Source: Candidatus Blautia intestinigallinarum (lineage in GTDB: Bacteria; Bacillota; Clostridia; Lachnospirales; Lachnospiraceae). From it: DNA of 64,000 nucleotides. This document shows, piece after piece, positions 50,115 through 58,987 of the stretch (position 1 is the first letter of the stretch; every line of letters starts with the position of its first letter). Both the position numbers and the translations under genes were made by a program. The stretch lies in NCBI GenBank assembly GCA_019112635.1, contig DXIX01000029.1, forward strand, positions 18,642-82,641, read 5' to 3'. The notes under the pieces were generated by a model. The model worked only from the letters and a program-made list of their open reading frames with translations, was not told the DNA's origin and ran no database searches.

Positions 50115-52028
50115 TCATTTTTCGATCTCAATAATATTCCCGGCTTCCTCCCAGGAATAGCCTCCCAGCTCCTGAAGCTTCTCATGAAAGGCATCGGATT
50201 TCAAAATCTCCAGAAAAGCCTGTACTAGAGGCATCTGCAGATCTTCCCGGTAAAGGGCGAAATCATAGGATTCTCTTCCCACGGGCAGGAAATCCAGATC
50301 CATGGCCTTAGCCGCGGACAGTACGCCCATCCCCACATCGGCGCCCTCTCCGGCCACCTGGGCCGCCACTGCCATGTGAGTCGCCGCCTCGAAATCATAT
50401 CCATGAATCTCCTCTGGGGAAATTCCTTCTTTCTTCAGGAGGTAATCCAGCAGAACCCGGGTTCCGGCGCCCCGCTGGCGGTTCACGAACCGGCATCTGG
50501 TCAGATCAGAAATTCCTTTGATTTGAAGGGGATTCCCTTTCTTCACCATCAGCCCCTGAATCCTCCCCACACCTTTGATGAGCACCATGGGTTCCGTGAA
50601 CAGTCTCTTCAGATAAGAAATATTGTAGACACCCGTCTTCTCATCCAACAGGTGCGTGGGGGCCAAATGTGCTTCCCTTCGCTTAAGGGCCATCAGTCCT
50701 CCCATGCTTCCCACATGGGTGCTGGACAGATACATATTCCTGTGAATCTGCGGCATCTGGTCTGCGATGACATCCAGAATCAGATCATGGCTGCCGATGA
50801 CGACCAGAGTATTCTCGATCTTCGACAGATCCCGGTACAGTTCCACCTGCACCGTCTCTCCAGCCTCCACACCTTCGCTATTCTGAGGAATGACGCAGAA
50901 GCCGTCCGCCCGTACCATGGACATGGCAGCGCCGGCGCCCCTGGCAAGAGGAGCCGCCACCAGCTTCTCTCCCACTTTTCCCACTTTCACCCGGATATAC
51001 TCCCGGTGCTTTAAACTGGATACCAGGCGCTTGGAGATCACCGCTGGAACCGTCGGGTTCTTCTTGCACACCGTATCTCCCAGCATAGCGAGTACCGGAT
51101 TGACGAAATTCTCGAATCCAATGTAGGCACTGACGGGATAACCGGGCAGGCCGATCACCGGACGTTTGTTCACCACCGCAAGGATTACCGGTTTGCCAGG
51201 CTTGATGGATACTCCGTGTACCACCACTTCTCCCAGCTCGCGCAGCACATGTACGGTGTAATCCTCTGTCCCTGCGCTGGATCCGGCATTGATCAGCACC
51301 ACGTCATAATTCTGGGAAGCCCACTCAATTTCCTCTTTGATTTTTCCGTAATCGTCTGGTATTACCAGAAAACGGTCCGCTATGGCTCCTTGCTCTACGG
51401 CAAGATTTTCGAACATTCTGGAGTTGGATTCAATGATACTTCCCTCCACCGGAGTCTCCTCCGGCTCGATAATCTCCGTTCCCGTGGGGAAGATAGCCAC
51501 TCTTGGACGGGCAGCCACCTCAATTCTGGTAATTCCGGCAGACAGAAGAACTCCCACATCAATGGAACGGATCTTATGGTGTCCGGGCAGAATCATCTCA
51601 CCTGCCACAATGTCCTCTCCCACTGGCCGGATATGCTGCCAGGGTGCGGCCGCCTCCACGATACGTACCCGGTCTTCGTCCCCGGTTTCCATCAGATCTT
51701 CCGCCATAATCACAGCATCATAAGGCGGATGTACCGGATCTCCTGTGTCCACAATCTGAAAATCTCTTCCACGGATGAGTTCCACCGGAGTGACCTCCGA
51801 GGCTCCTTTGGTGTGTTCCGAGATCACAGCAATTCCATCCATGGCGGCGGAATTAAACAGAGGAGAACAGTATTTCGCATACACTGCGGATTTTGTGACC
51901 CGGTGAAGACTCTCTGTCACAGGGATTGTCTCCCATTTGGGTTCCACCAGATCCCGCAGAACTTTCATATATTGATCCAGTGCTTCTTCCACTGGTATTG
52001 TCTTCAGATATAAATTTCTCTTTCCCAT
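50115..52028 (-). CDS. moeA: MoeA fused to a C-terminal PBP (LysR-type substrate-binding) domain
   Basis: AAMDG, PTGTE, KPGKP and GLPGYPVS motifs; C-terminal GSHD, GSMGGL and NRQRGAGTR. Confidence 0.92.
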   Translation of the reverse strand: MGKRNLYLKTIPVEEALDQYMKVLRDLVEPKWETIPVTESLHRVTKSAVYAKYCSPLFNSAAMDGIAVISEHTKGASEVTPVELIRGRDFQIVDTGDPVHPPYDAVIMAEDLMETGDEDRVRIVEAAAPWQHIRPVGEDIVAGEMILPGHHKIRSIDVGVLLSAGITRIEVAARPRVAIFPTGTEIIEPEETPVEGSIIESNSRMFENLAVEQGAIADRFLVIPDDYGKIKEEIEWASQNYDVVLINAGSSAGTEDYTVHVLRELGEVVVHGVSIKPGKPVILAVVNKRPVIGLPGYPVSAYIGFENFVNPVLAMLGDTVCKKNPTVPAVISKRLVSSLKHREYIRVKVGKVGEKLVAAPLARGAGAAMSMVRADGFCVIPQNSEGVEAGETVQVELYRDLSKIENTLVVIGSHDLILDVIADQMPQIHRNMYLSSTHVGSMGGLMALKRREAHLAPTHLLDEKTGVYNISYLKRLFTEPMVLIKGVGRIQGLMVKKGNPLQIKGISDLTRCRFVNRQRGAGTRVLLDYLLKKEGISPEEIHGYDFEAATHMAVAAQVAGEGADVGMGVLSAAKAMDLDFLPVGRESYDFALYREDLQMPLVQAFLEILKSDAFHEKLQELGGYSWEEAGNIIEIEK

Positions 52029-52047
52029 CTCTTATTCCCTTCGCTGT

Positions 52048-53280
52048 CTAAAAAAATTCTACCAACACCGGCTCCCCGGTCTTTAGCCCCTCTTTTCCCA
52101 GGGGAATCTGCACATACCCGTCTGCCCCGGTCAGCGTTCTCATCAAACCGGACTTACCCAGTACCGGATGGGCAATATACCGTCCATCCTCCCCGGATTC
52201 CAGGTGAACCATGATATAGGTATCCTTGCCGGGCGCAGCCGGAACATTACAAGCCATCAGCGCCGGAACACGATGCGCCATCGGTTCCTTCGTCCGCTGG
52301 TGTTCCAGCCATCCTGCCAGAAGATGAAAGACTAAAAGGGCAGCTGCCGGATGTCCCGGAAGTCCCAGCAGCACTGTCTGTGTCTGCGTGTCCGCAGCCA
52401 GAATCGTAGGCTTTCCGGGCTTCAAAGCCAGTCCGTGGGTGAAGACTCCAGGATCTGCCAGCCGGTCGAAAAGGGCCGCAGTGATGTCTTTCTTTCCCTG
52501 GGAACTTCCTCCGGATACCACCACCAGATCACTGTCCGCCATGCTGTCACGCAGAGCCTGTTCCAGCAATGCTTCCTCATCTTTAATGACCTCAGTCCGA
52601 AGAACCTGAAATCCCAGCTCCCGGGCAGCCTGTTCCAAAGCCGGTGTATTGATGTCATAAATCTTTCCGAAATCCAATGGCTTTCCCGGTTCTATCAGTT
52701 CATCGCCGGTGGACAAAATGGTGACCCGCAGGGGTTTCCACACAGTAACGGAAGTGATGCCATTACCGGACAGCGCTCCGATCTGGGATGCCCGGATCCT
52801 GGTCCCCGCAGGGAGAATCACATCTCCTTCCTGCACGTCCTCCCCGATCTGAACCACATTCCGTCCCGGGGGAACCGCTCCGTATATGGCCACGCTGGAT
52901 GCGTCGAATAATTCACTGTACTCCACCATCACCATGGCATCTGCTCCGTCCGGAATCATCCCTCCCGTGGGAACGTAAGCACAGGTACCGCTTCGGACGG
53001 TACAAGGTGATGGCGTGCCGATCTCCACTTCCCCTGCGATATCCAGAAATACGGGAAGGCTTTCACTGGCTCCCTGAGTATCAGCAGCCACGACAGCATA
53101 TCCATCCACACTGGAACGGCGAAAAGCAGGGAGCGGGGATTTCGCCCGGACCTCACAGGCCAGAATGCGTCCGGCACTGTCTGCCACCTTCATTTCCTCC
53201 GTTTGACACAGTTTCCAGGTAATATGAGAGAGAAGTTTTTCCCTTGCCTGCGCAAGACTATCCACTTTCAATAATTTCAT
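52048..53280 (-). CDS. moeA: Molybdopterin molybdenum/tungsten transferase MoeA
   Basis: SSVDGYA, TGG.IP.GAD, STGDEL, SGGSS, KPGKP and GLPGHP motifs. Confidence 0.93.
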   Translation of the reverse strand: MKLLKVDSLAQAREKLLSHITWKLCQTEEMKVADSAGRILACEVRAKSPLPAFRRSSVDGYAVVAADTQGASESLPVFLDIAGEVEIGTPSPCTVRSGTCAYVPTGGMIPDGADAMVMVEYSELFDASSVAIYGAVPPGRNVVQIGEDVQEGDVILPAGTRIRASQIGALSGNGITSVTVWKPLRVTILSTGDELIEPGKPLDFGKIYDINTPALEQAARELGFQVLRTEVIKDEEALLEQALRDSMADSDLVVVSGGSSQGKKDITAALFDRLADPGVFTHGLALKPGKPTILAADTQTQTVLLGLPGHPAAALLVFHLLAGWLEHQRTKEPMAHRVPALMACNVPAAPGKDTYIMVHLESGEDGRYIAHPVLGKSGLMRTLTGADGYVQIPLGKEGLKTGEPVLVEFF

Positions 53281-53328
53281 TTTCCAATTGTCTCCTTTTT
53301 TGAAAAAAGCTTTCCTATTTTATAATAG

Positions 53329-53355
53329 AAAAAAAGAGCCAACAGATGCTGGCCC
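53329..53355 (-). terminator. Leader terminator (expression platform of riboswitch copy 1)
   Basis: Minus strand GGGCCAGCA-UC-UGUUGGCUC-U7, upstream of the moeA RBS. Confidence 0.75.
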
Positions 53356-53528
53356 TTCAAAAAATTCTGCTTTGATGATTCATAGGGTTTCCGCTTGGAA
53401 ATCAGGGAATCACTTTCCCGCAGTGGATTTTGCAACAGCCAATCAAATGATTTTCTCAAATTATGTGCACCAAACAGACCTGCCGCTTCGTCGCGGTAAG
53501 AATCGCCGGTGCGCATATGCTGCTTTCA

Positions 53529-53630
53529 AAATCCTTTCCAAACACGGGAGGCATTGATTCAAGCGGTCAATACCCTCGTCAGAGAATTTCCCTGACTGGT
53601 CCTGATTCCTCTTTACAGGACTCGGATTCT
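53529..53630 (-). ncRNA. Moco/Wco riboswitch, apparently P3-less (copy 1)
   Basis: AAUCCGAG...GAGGG..CCUCCCGU...UGGAAAGGAUU consensus; promoter TTGAAC-17-TATAAT at 53665-53637; upstream of moeA. Confidence 0.88.
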
Positions 53631-53681
53631 TCGTTTATTATACAACAGTTTAAAATTATGTTCAATCTTTTCCACGCAATT

Positions 53682-54401
53682 TTACGGATTTTCAGATCCA
53701 TGTTCCCATGTCGGATCCTGTGCTCTCAGCGCCTCTCCTCTGAGAAATTGCTGCACCTGGGAAACCTGGGAATGAAAAAGCACTTCCTCAACCGAGCCGC
53801 TTTGAAGTACGCTTCCCTTCTCCAGAAAATGCACCCGGGTACACATTCGGGCAATATGGCTGAGCCGATGGCTGATGAGAATCCAGGTATTCTTCTCTTC
53901 CCGGTGAATCCTGCGGATCATCTGTTCAAAATAGTCCACACTGTCCGGATCAAGATTGGATAAGGTCTCGTCAATCATCACCAGGCGGGGATGAAAACAC
54001 AGCGCGCGCAGCATGGATACCTTCTGCTGTTCTCCGCTGGAGAGGCTTCTCGCCGGCTGCATTTCTTTTCCAGACAGGCCACAGTCCTCCAGAAGGTCGG
54101 CAATCTTTTGGCGGTCCGGGCGGATCTTGCGTATCTTCAGCGGATAGACAATATTTTCATAGACACTGTCATGGAGAAGATAGGGCCGCTGGCTGGTCAT
54201 GGTGATCTCGGTCATCTTCATAGATCCGTAGTCAACCTTCCCCTGATCCGGCTTTAGAATTCCCATGATGATCTTGGCCAGGGTTGTCTTGCCGCTTCCA
54301 TTGCTTCCGATAAAACCGTGAATCTGTCCCTCCTCGATCTTTAGATCCTCGATATGGAGCTGAAAATCTCCCACTTTCTTTTCCAGATCAATAATTCTCA
54401 T
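53682..54401 (-). CDS. tupC: Tungstate ABC transporter ATPase
   Basis: GSNGSGKT, LSSGE and IDE motifs; follows tupAB. Confidence 0.8.
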   Translation of the reverse strand: MRIIDLEKKVGDFQLHIEDLKIEEGQIHGFIGSNGSGKTTLAKIIMGILKPDQGKVDYGSMKMTEITMTSQRPYLLHDSVYENIVYPLKIRKIRPDRQKIADLLEDCGLSGKEMQPARSLSSGEQQKVSMLRALCFHPRLVMIDETLSNLDPDSVDYFEQMIRRIHREEKNTWILISHRLSHIARMCTRVHFLEKGSVLQSGSVEEVLFHSQVSQVQQFLRGEALRAQDPTWEHGSENP

Positions 54402-55074
54402 TCACATCTGACTCCTTTCGGAAGAAATCCGCCAGGCACTGCAGGATGAAGGCCATCACCAGAAGAAGAATTCCCAGGGTGAGCCCTTCTGTGAAGATTC
54501 CCTGACTCTTCAGGAGGGATATGGCCGTCGTCATGGTTCTGGTGTGCCCTTTGATGTTGCCGCCCACCAGCATGACAGCGCCCACCTCACTGATGGAGCG
54601 CCCGAATCCGGTCACCACCGCAAAATAGATCTCATGTTTCATCTCCCTTAAGAGAAGCAGATCCGTCTGCAGCTTACCGGCTCCCATGGTCTTTGCGAAC
54701 ACCCGGACTGCCGGAGCTGTCTTCGCCGCGTAGGTGTAGACCAGCCCGCAGATAATCGGCGTGATGATGATCGTCTGAGCCAGGATCATTCCCTTGATGG
54801 TGAACAAAAGTTCCAGTCTGCCCAGAGGTCCCCGCCTCATGGTGAGCATATAGACCAGAAGTCCCACCACCACAGGCGGGACTCCCATCAGTGTCCGGTT
54901 GATGCGGATCACCAGTCTCTTTCCCGGAAAGGTGAACCTCTCCAGCGCCATGCCAAGGAAGGTCCCCACCACGGCGGAAAGGAGGGTGGAGGTCACCGCC
55001 ATCTGGAATGTGACCCGGATGGCGTCGTAGACTCCCACATCAGAAAAAAGTTCATCAAAAAATGTTTTTAACAT
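54388..55074 (-). CDS. tupB: Tungstate ABC transporter permease
   Basis: PPVVVGL, GPLG, FGR.ISEVGA and GGNI..TR..TTAI motifs. Confidence 0.9.
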   Translation of the reverse strand: MLKTFFDELFSDVGVYDAIRVTFQMAVTSTLLSAVVGTFLGMALERFTFPGKRLVIRINRTLMGVPPVVVGLLVYMLTMRRGPLGRLELLFTIKGMILAQTIIITPIICGLVYTYAAKTAPAVRVFAKTMGAGKLQTDLLLLREMKHEIYFAVVTGFGRSISEVGAVMLVGGNIKGHTRTMTTAISLLKSQGIFTEGLTLGILLLVMAFILQCLADFFRKESDVNENY

Positions 55075-55092
55075 TTTCTATCTCCAGAGAGT

Positions 55093-56034
55093 TTATGCGT
55101 CTGTTCCAGCGTTCGGCACGAAAAGAGCTTCTCCGTATTCTTCCACTCCGTATTCGCCGATGAGTTTTTGAATTTCATCAGAACAGATCCAGTCAATAAA
55201 TGCATTGGCTGCCTCGTTATTCACTTCCGGATATTTCTCCGGATTCACAGCGATCACACCGTACTGATTCAGCAGATTGGCATCTCCCTCACAGACAATC
55301 TCCAGATCCAGCGGCACATCTGCGTCTTTTTTCATTTTCAGATAAGTTCCCCGGTCTGTGAGACAGTAAGCCTGCTGCTCATCTGCCATGGTCAGAGTTG
55401 CTCCCATGCCCTGTCCGGATTCCAGATAATTGGGATCGGCTGTGGGATTCAGTCCTAAATCCTCCCAGATCTGTTTCTCTTTTTTATCTGTTCCGGAATC
55501 ATCTCCTCTTGAGACAAATGGAAGCTGGTCATCCACAATCTGAGTGAACACAGACTGAATGTCCTCGGTGGCCGCGATGGGCTCTGTCGGTCCCACCACG
55601 ATGAAGTCATTGTACATAACCGGGAAACGCTCCACGCCATAGCCCTCTGCCACAAATTCCTCTTCGCTTGCCTTCGCATGAACCAGAACGATATCCACAT
55701 CACCGTTCTTTCCCATCTCCAGGGCTTCTCCCGTTCCGACAGCATCCCAGAGAAGCTCATATCCTGTGTCTTCCTGGAAAATCGGTGCCAGATAATCCAG
55801 AAGTCCCGTGTCGGCAGTGCTGGTGGTAGTGGCCATCATCAGCTGCCCTTTCCCTGCAGTCTCTTCCTTGGTATCTTCACCGGTGTCTTCCTCAGAAGCT
55901 GTCTCTTCCTGGCTGGAAGTATCTTCTGCTTCCTGTGTGGACTCGCTGCTCTGTGAACTGGAGCTGCAGCCTGCCGCAAAAAGACTCAACGCCATTGTTG
56001 CTCCTAAAATGATTGCCAAAGTTTTCTTTTTCAT
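55093..56034 (-). CDS. tupA: Tungstate-binding lipoprotein
   Basis: Lipobox AAGC; ATTTS..DTGLL signature; VGTG.AL, VHA, YNDF and SRGD.SGT motifs. Confidence 0.92.
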   Translation of the reverse strand: MKKKTLAIILGATMALSLFAAGCSSSSQSSESTQEAEDTSSQEETASEEDTGEDTKEETAGKGQLMMATTTSTADTGLLDYLAPIFQEDTGYELLWDAVGTGEALEMGKNGDVDIVLVHAKASEEEFVAEGYGVERFPVMYNDFIVVGPTEPIAATEDIQSVFTQIVDDQLPFVSRGDDSGTDKKEKQIWEDLGLNPTADPNYLESGQGMGATLTMADEQQAYCLTDRGTYLKMKKDADVPLDLEIVCEGDANLLNQYGVIAVNPEKYPEVNNEAANAFIDWICSDEIQKLIGEYGVEEYGEALFVPNAGTDA

Positions 56035-56157
56035 CTTGATCCTCCTTTGATGAATTCCATAATTTATCTCAACAGTGGATTCTGCACAGCCCCTCCATCC
56101 ATGCAGATACACATGGAACGCATCCTCCACCGGTGAAATCTCTCTGGTGACAGAGCT

Positions 56158-56598
56158 TTAGTCTGCCCTCTCAATCAGGGTCATCTCATCGCCCACGGCA
56201 ATCTCTCCTCCGTGGATGACCCGGGCGAACACACCTTCCCTTGGCATGATGCAGTCTCCCATGATCCTCCGTATCTCACAGCCATGGTGGCACTCTTTTC
56301 CAATCTGAGTCATCTCCAGGATCACATCGTTGCAGGCAAACCGGGTGCCCACAGGCAGATTCTTAAAATCAAAACCGGATACGATCAGATTCTCTCCGAA
56401 GGCTCCGTCTGTGATGGGCGCTCCCTTAGCCTTGAAAGCCTCAATCACCTCATAGGACAGAAGACTCACCTGCCGGTGCCATTTCCCCGCATGCGCATCG
56501 TTCTGAAGACCGAACTCCTCGATCAGCTGCGCTTTTCCAATATTTTTCTTCTGCGTTCCTTTCTGTTCGCTGATACATACTGCCTTGACAATTCCCAT
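56158..56598 (-). CDS. MOSC domain protein
   Basis: DAHAG.WHRQVSLL, FGEN, QIGKECH..C and CIMPREG motifs. Confidence 0.9.
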   Translation of the reverse strand: MGIVKAVCISEQKGTQKKNIGKAQLIEEFGLQNDAHAGKWHRQVSLLSYEVIEAFKAKGAPITDGAFGENLIVSGFDFKNLPVGTRFACNDVILEMTQIGKECHHGCEIRRIMGDCIMPREGVFARVIHGGEIAVGDEMTLIERAD

Positions 56599-56608
56599 TT
56601 TTTTCCGC

Positions 56609-57106
56609 CTACTTTCTCGCACAATTTCCGGCCTCGCCGGTCAAAATCTCAATACCATGCCCCAGATGCGGAGCAATGTATTCCAGACATTCCCTCACAG
56701 CCTTAGGGCTTCCGGGAAGATTGACAATCAGTGTCATATTGCGGATGCCTGCCGCAGCCCTGGACAGCATGGATCTTCCGGTGAATTGAAGACTGTAGGC
56801 ACGCATAGCCTCCGGAATCCCCGGAACCTCTCTCTGACAGACGGCCTTCGTCGCCTCCGGCATACAGTCTCTGGGGGAGAAACCGGTTCCTCCCGTTGTG
56901 AGAATCAGCTCTGCCTCTCCTCTGTCCGCTGTCTGAATCATCTGAGCTTCCAGCATCTTCTGTTCATCCGGAAAAATCCGGATTCCCACCACTTCGTATC
57001 CTTGTTCTTCCATGATTTCCCGGATAACCGGACCGCTTAAATCTTCCCGTTCCTGTCGGTATCCGCTGTCACTCGAGACAAGAATCAATACCCTCTTCTT
57101 TTTCAT
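56609..57106 (-). CDS. mog: Molybdopterin adenylyltransferase MogA/MoaB
   Basis: SD, D.SG, TTGGTG..PRD, SR and NLPGSP motifs. Confidence 0.92.
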   Translation of the reverse strand: MKKKRVLILVSSDSGYRQEREDLSGPVIREIMEEQGYEVVGIRIFPDEQKMLEAQMIQTADRGEAELILTTGGTGFSPRDCMPEATKAVCQREVPGIPEAMRAYSLQFTGRSMLSRAAAGIRNMTLIVNLPGSPKAVRECLEYIAPHLGHGIEILTGEAGNCARK

Positions 57107-57107
57107 A

Positions 57108-58088
57108 TTATCCTCCAATCTGGGACATCATTTTCTTCTCGGTGTCCTCCCCTTTTTCTTTCTTTTCATAAAAAGCATGGCCTTCTGGCTTTTCCAAAAG
57201 TGCCTGCGCAATCTGCTCTGCCAGCTCCCGGTCGGTGGCTCCTCTGCGAAGAAGCTCCCTTAAGTCCACGCCCCGGTCATACTGAAGACAGGTTTTCAGA
57301 TATCCCTGCGCCGTGAGACGGACCCGGTTGCACTGGTCACAGAACTTGTGGCTCACGGCACTGATAAATCCAATCTTTCCCTGAAATCCATCAAACTGAA
57401 CATAGTGTGCCGGTCCGTTTCCCAGAGTTTCCTTGACCGGTTCTCCTTCCCCGAAGGCTTCCCGTAAGATTCTGTAGATCTTGGACTCCCGGTATCCTTC
57501 CCAGTCTGCCCCAAGCCCGATGGGCATCATCTCGATGAACCGGACGTGCACAGGATAATCTTTGGAAAGGCGGGCCACCTGAAGCAGACTTTCCCTGGAC
57601 TGACTCATGGGAACACAGTTGATTTTTAACGTCACCTGGGGATATTTTAAGGCTTCCAGGAATCCCTCCCACACCCGGGACAGTTCTGCCCGCCGGGTAA
57701 TTCTTTGATATTCCTCTCCGTCCAGTGTGTCCAGACTTAGGTTGATGCCATCGATTCCTGCCTTCGCCAGGTCCCGCATCTGCTCTTTCAATAGGACACC
57801 GTTGGTCGTCAAAGTCACCTGATGGATACCAGGAATTTTCCTGATCTCGCCTGCCAGATCCGGCAGCTGCCTGCGCACCAAAGGTTCTCCTCCTGTGAGC
57901 TTGATTTTCTGAATCCCCAAGCCGGCAAAAACCTGAACTAGACGGAGAATTTCCTGATAGCGCAGAATCTCATCATGGTTTACCAGGGGGACACCTTCCT
58001 CGGGCATACAGTACTGGCATCTTAAATTACAACGGTCCGTCACAGAGATCCGAAGATAGTCAATCTGTCTTTGGTATTCATCGATCAT
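57108..58088 (-). CDS. moaA: GTP 3',8-cyclase
   Basis: [13 protein letters not shown] and [11 protein letters not shown] motifs; C-terminal IGG. Confidence 0.96.
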   Translation of the reverse strand: MIDEYQRQIDYLRISVTDRCNLRCQYCMPEEGVPLVNHDEILRYQEILRLVQVFAGLGIQKIKLTGGEPLVRRQLPDLAGEIRKIPGIHQVTLTTNGVLLKEQMRDLAKAGIDGINLSLDTLDGEEYQRITRRAELSRVWEGFLEALKYPQVTLKINCVPMSQSRESLLQVARLSKDYPVHVRFIEMMPIGLGADWEGYRESKIYRILREAFGEGEPVKETLGNGPAHYVQFDGFQGKIGFISAVSHKFCDQCNRVRLTAQGYLKTCLQYDRGVDLRELLRRGATDRELAEQIAQALLEKPEGHAFYEKKEKGEDTEKKMMSQIGG

Positions 58089-58557
58089 ACTGAAAGTCCC
58101 CGCTCTTTCCACCGGTTTTCTCCACCAGATGAATATTTCCCATCTCCATTCTCTTATCGATGGCCTTGCACATATCATAAATGGTGAGAAGAGCAGCCGA
58201 CACTCCGGTGAGGGCTTCCATCTCCACTCCAGTCTTTCCTTCTGTTTTCACCATGCAGATGGCCACAATCTTACTGTGTTCCTCATCAATCTCAAAATCC
58301 ACCGAGCATTTCTGGATATTGAGGGGATGGCACATGGGAATCAGAGAAGAAGTCTGCTTGGTTCCCATGATTCCGGCAACCTGGGCTACTCCCAGCACAT
58401 CTCCTTTTTTGACCTGACGGTTCTTCACTGCCTGAAGGATTTGGGAACTGACCCGGATCTCTCCTCTTGCCACGGCTGTGCGCACCGTCACCTGTTTATC
58501 TGTCACATCCACCATCACAGCATTTCCATGCTGATCAAAATGTGTAAATTCTTTCAT
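58078..58557 (-). CDS. moaC: Cyclic pyranopterin monophosphate synthase
   Basis: [24 protein letters not shown] and YDMCKA motifs. Confidence 0.96.
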   Translation of the reverse strand: MKEFTHFDQHGNAVMVDVTDKQVTVRTAVARGEIRVSSQILQAVKNRQVKKGDVLGVAQVAGIMGTKQTSSLIPMCHPLNIQKCSVDFEIDEEHSKIVAICMVKTEGKTGVEMEALTGVSAALLTIYDMCKAIDKRMEMGNIHLVEKTGGKSGDFQYDR

Positions 58558-58584
58558 TTTCTTTTTTGGCACCCCTTTTACATG

Positions 58585-58607
58585 AAAAAAAATGCCGTCT
58601 ACCGGCA
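58585..58607 (-). terminator. Leader terminator (expression platform of riboswitch copy 2)
   Basis: Minus strand UGCCG-GUAGA-CGGCA-U8, upstream of moaC. Confidence 0.7.
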
Positions 58608-58778
58608 GTTACTTCTATTTCCGTGTTTCGTATCCACGAGACGGGAATTTCTGTTGTAGTCGCAGCAGCCGGCATGAACGGTTCCCAAAAACTGCTGTGA
58701 AACACAGCAGACGGGTCTTAATTATCATTCCGAATCTGTCAAAATTGCGCAGAAACTCCCTGGGTACACTATAGTTGT

Positions 58779-58880
58779 AAATCCTTTCCAAGCACGGGAG
58801 GCGTTGATTCAAGCGGTCAACACCCTCGCTGGGTCAAAAGACTCAGCTGGTTCTGATTCCTCTTTACAGAACTCGGATTC
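58779..58880 (-). ncRNA. Moco/Wco riboswitch, apparently P3-less (copy 2)
   Basis: Paralog of 53529-53630 with compensatory stem changes; promoter TTGAAT-17-TATAAT at 58915-58887. Confidence 0.88.
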
Positions 58881-58987
58881 CCGTTTATTATATAATATCT
58901 TAAAAAATCATTCAAGATTTTTTGAATCTTTTACACAATTTTACATTCCATGTATAATTCCACACAAAATAGCGAAATCTGTCTCCT

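Noticed and set aside
53277-53516. 79-aa ORF in the moeA leader as a leader peptide
   Set aside because: No RBS, it runs through the terminator, and the paralogous leader has no similar ORF.
56070-56135. Imperfect hairpin between the MOSC gene and tupA
   Set aside because: No U-tract and no family resemblance. It may be an mRNA stability element but cannot be supported from sequence alone.
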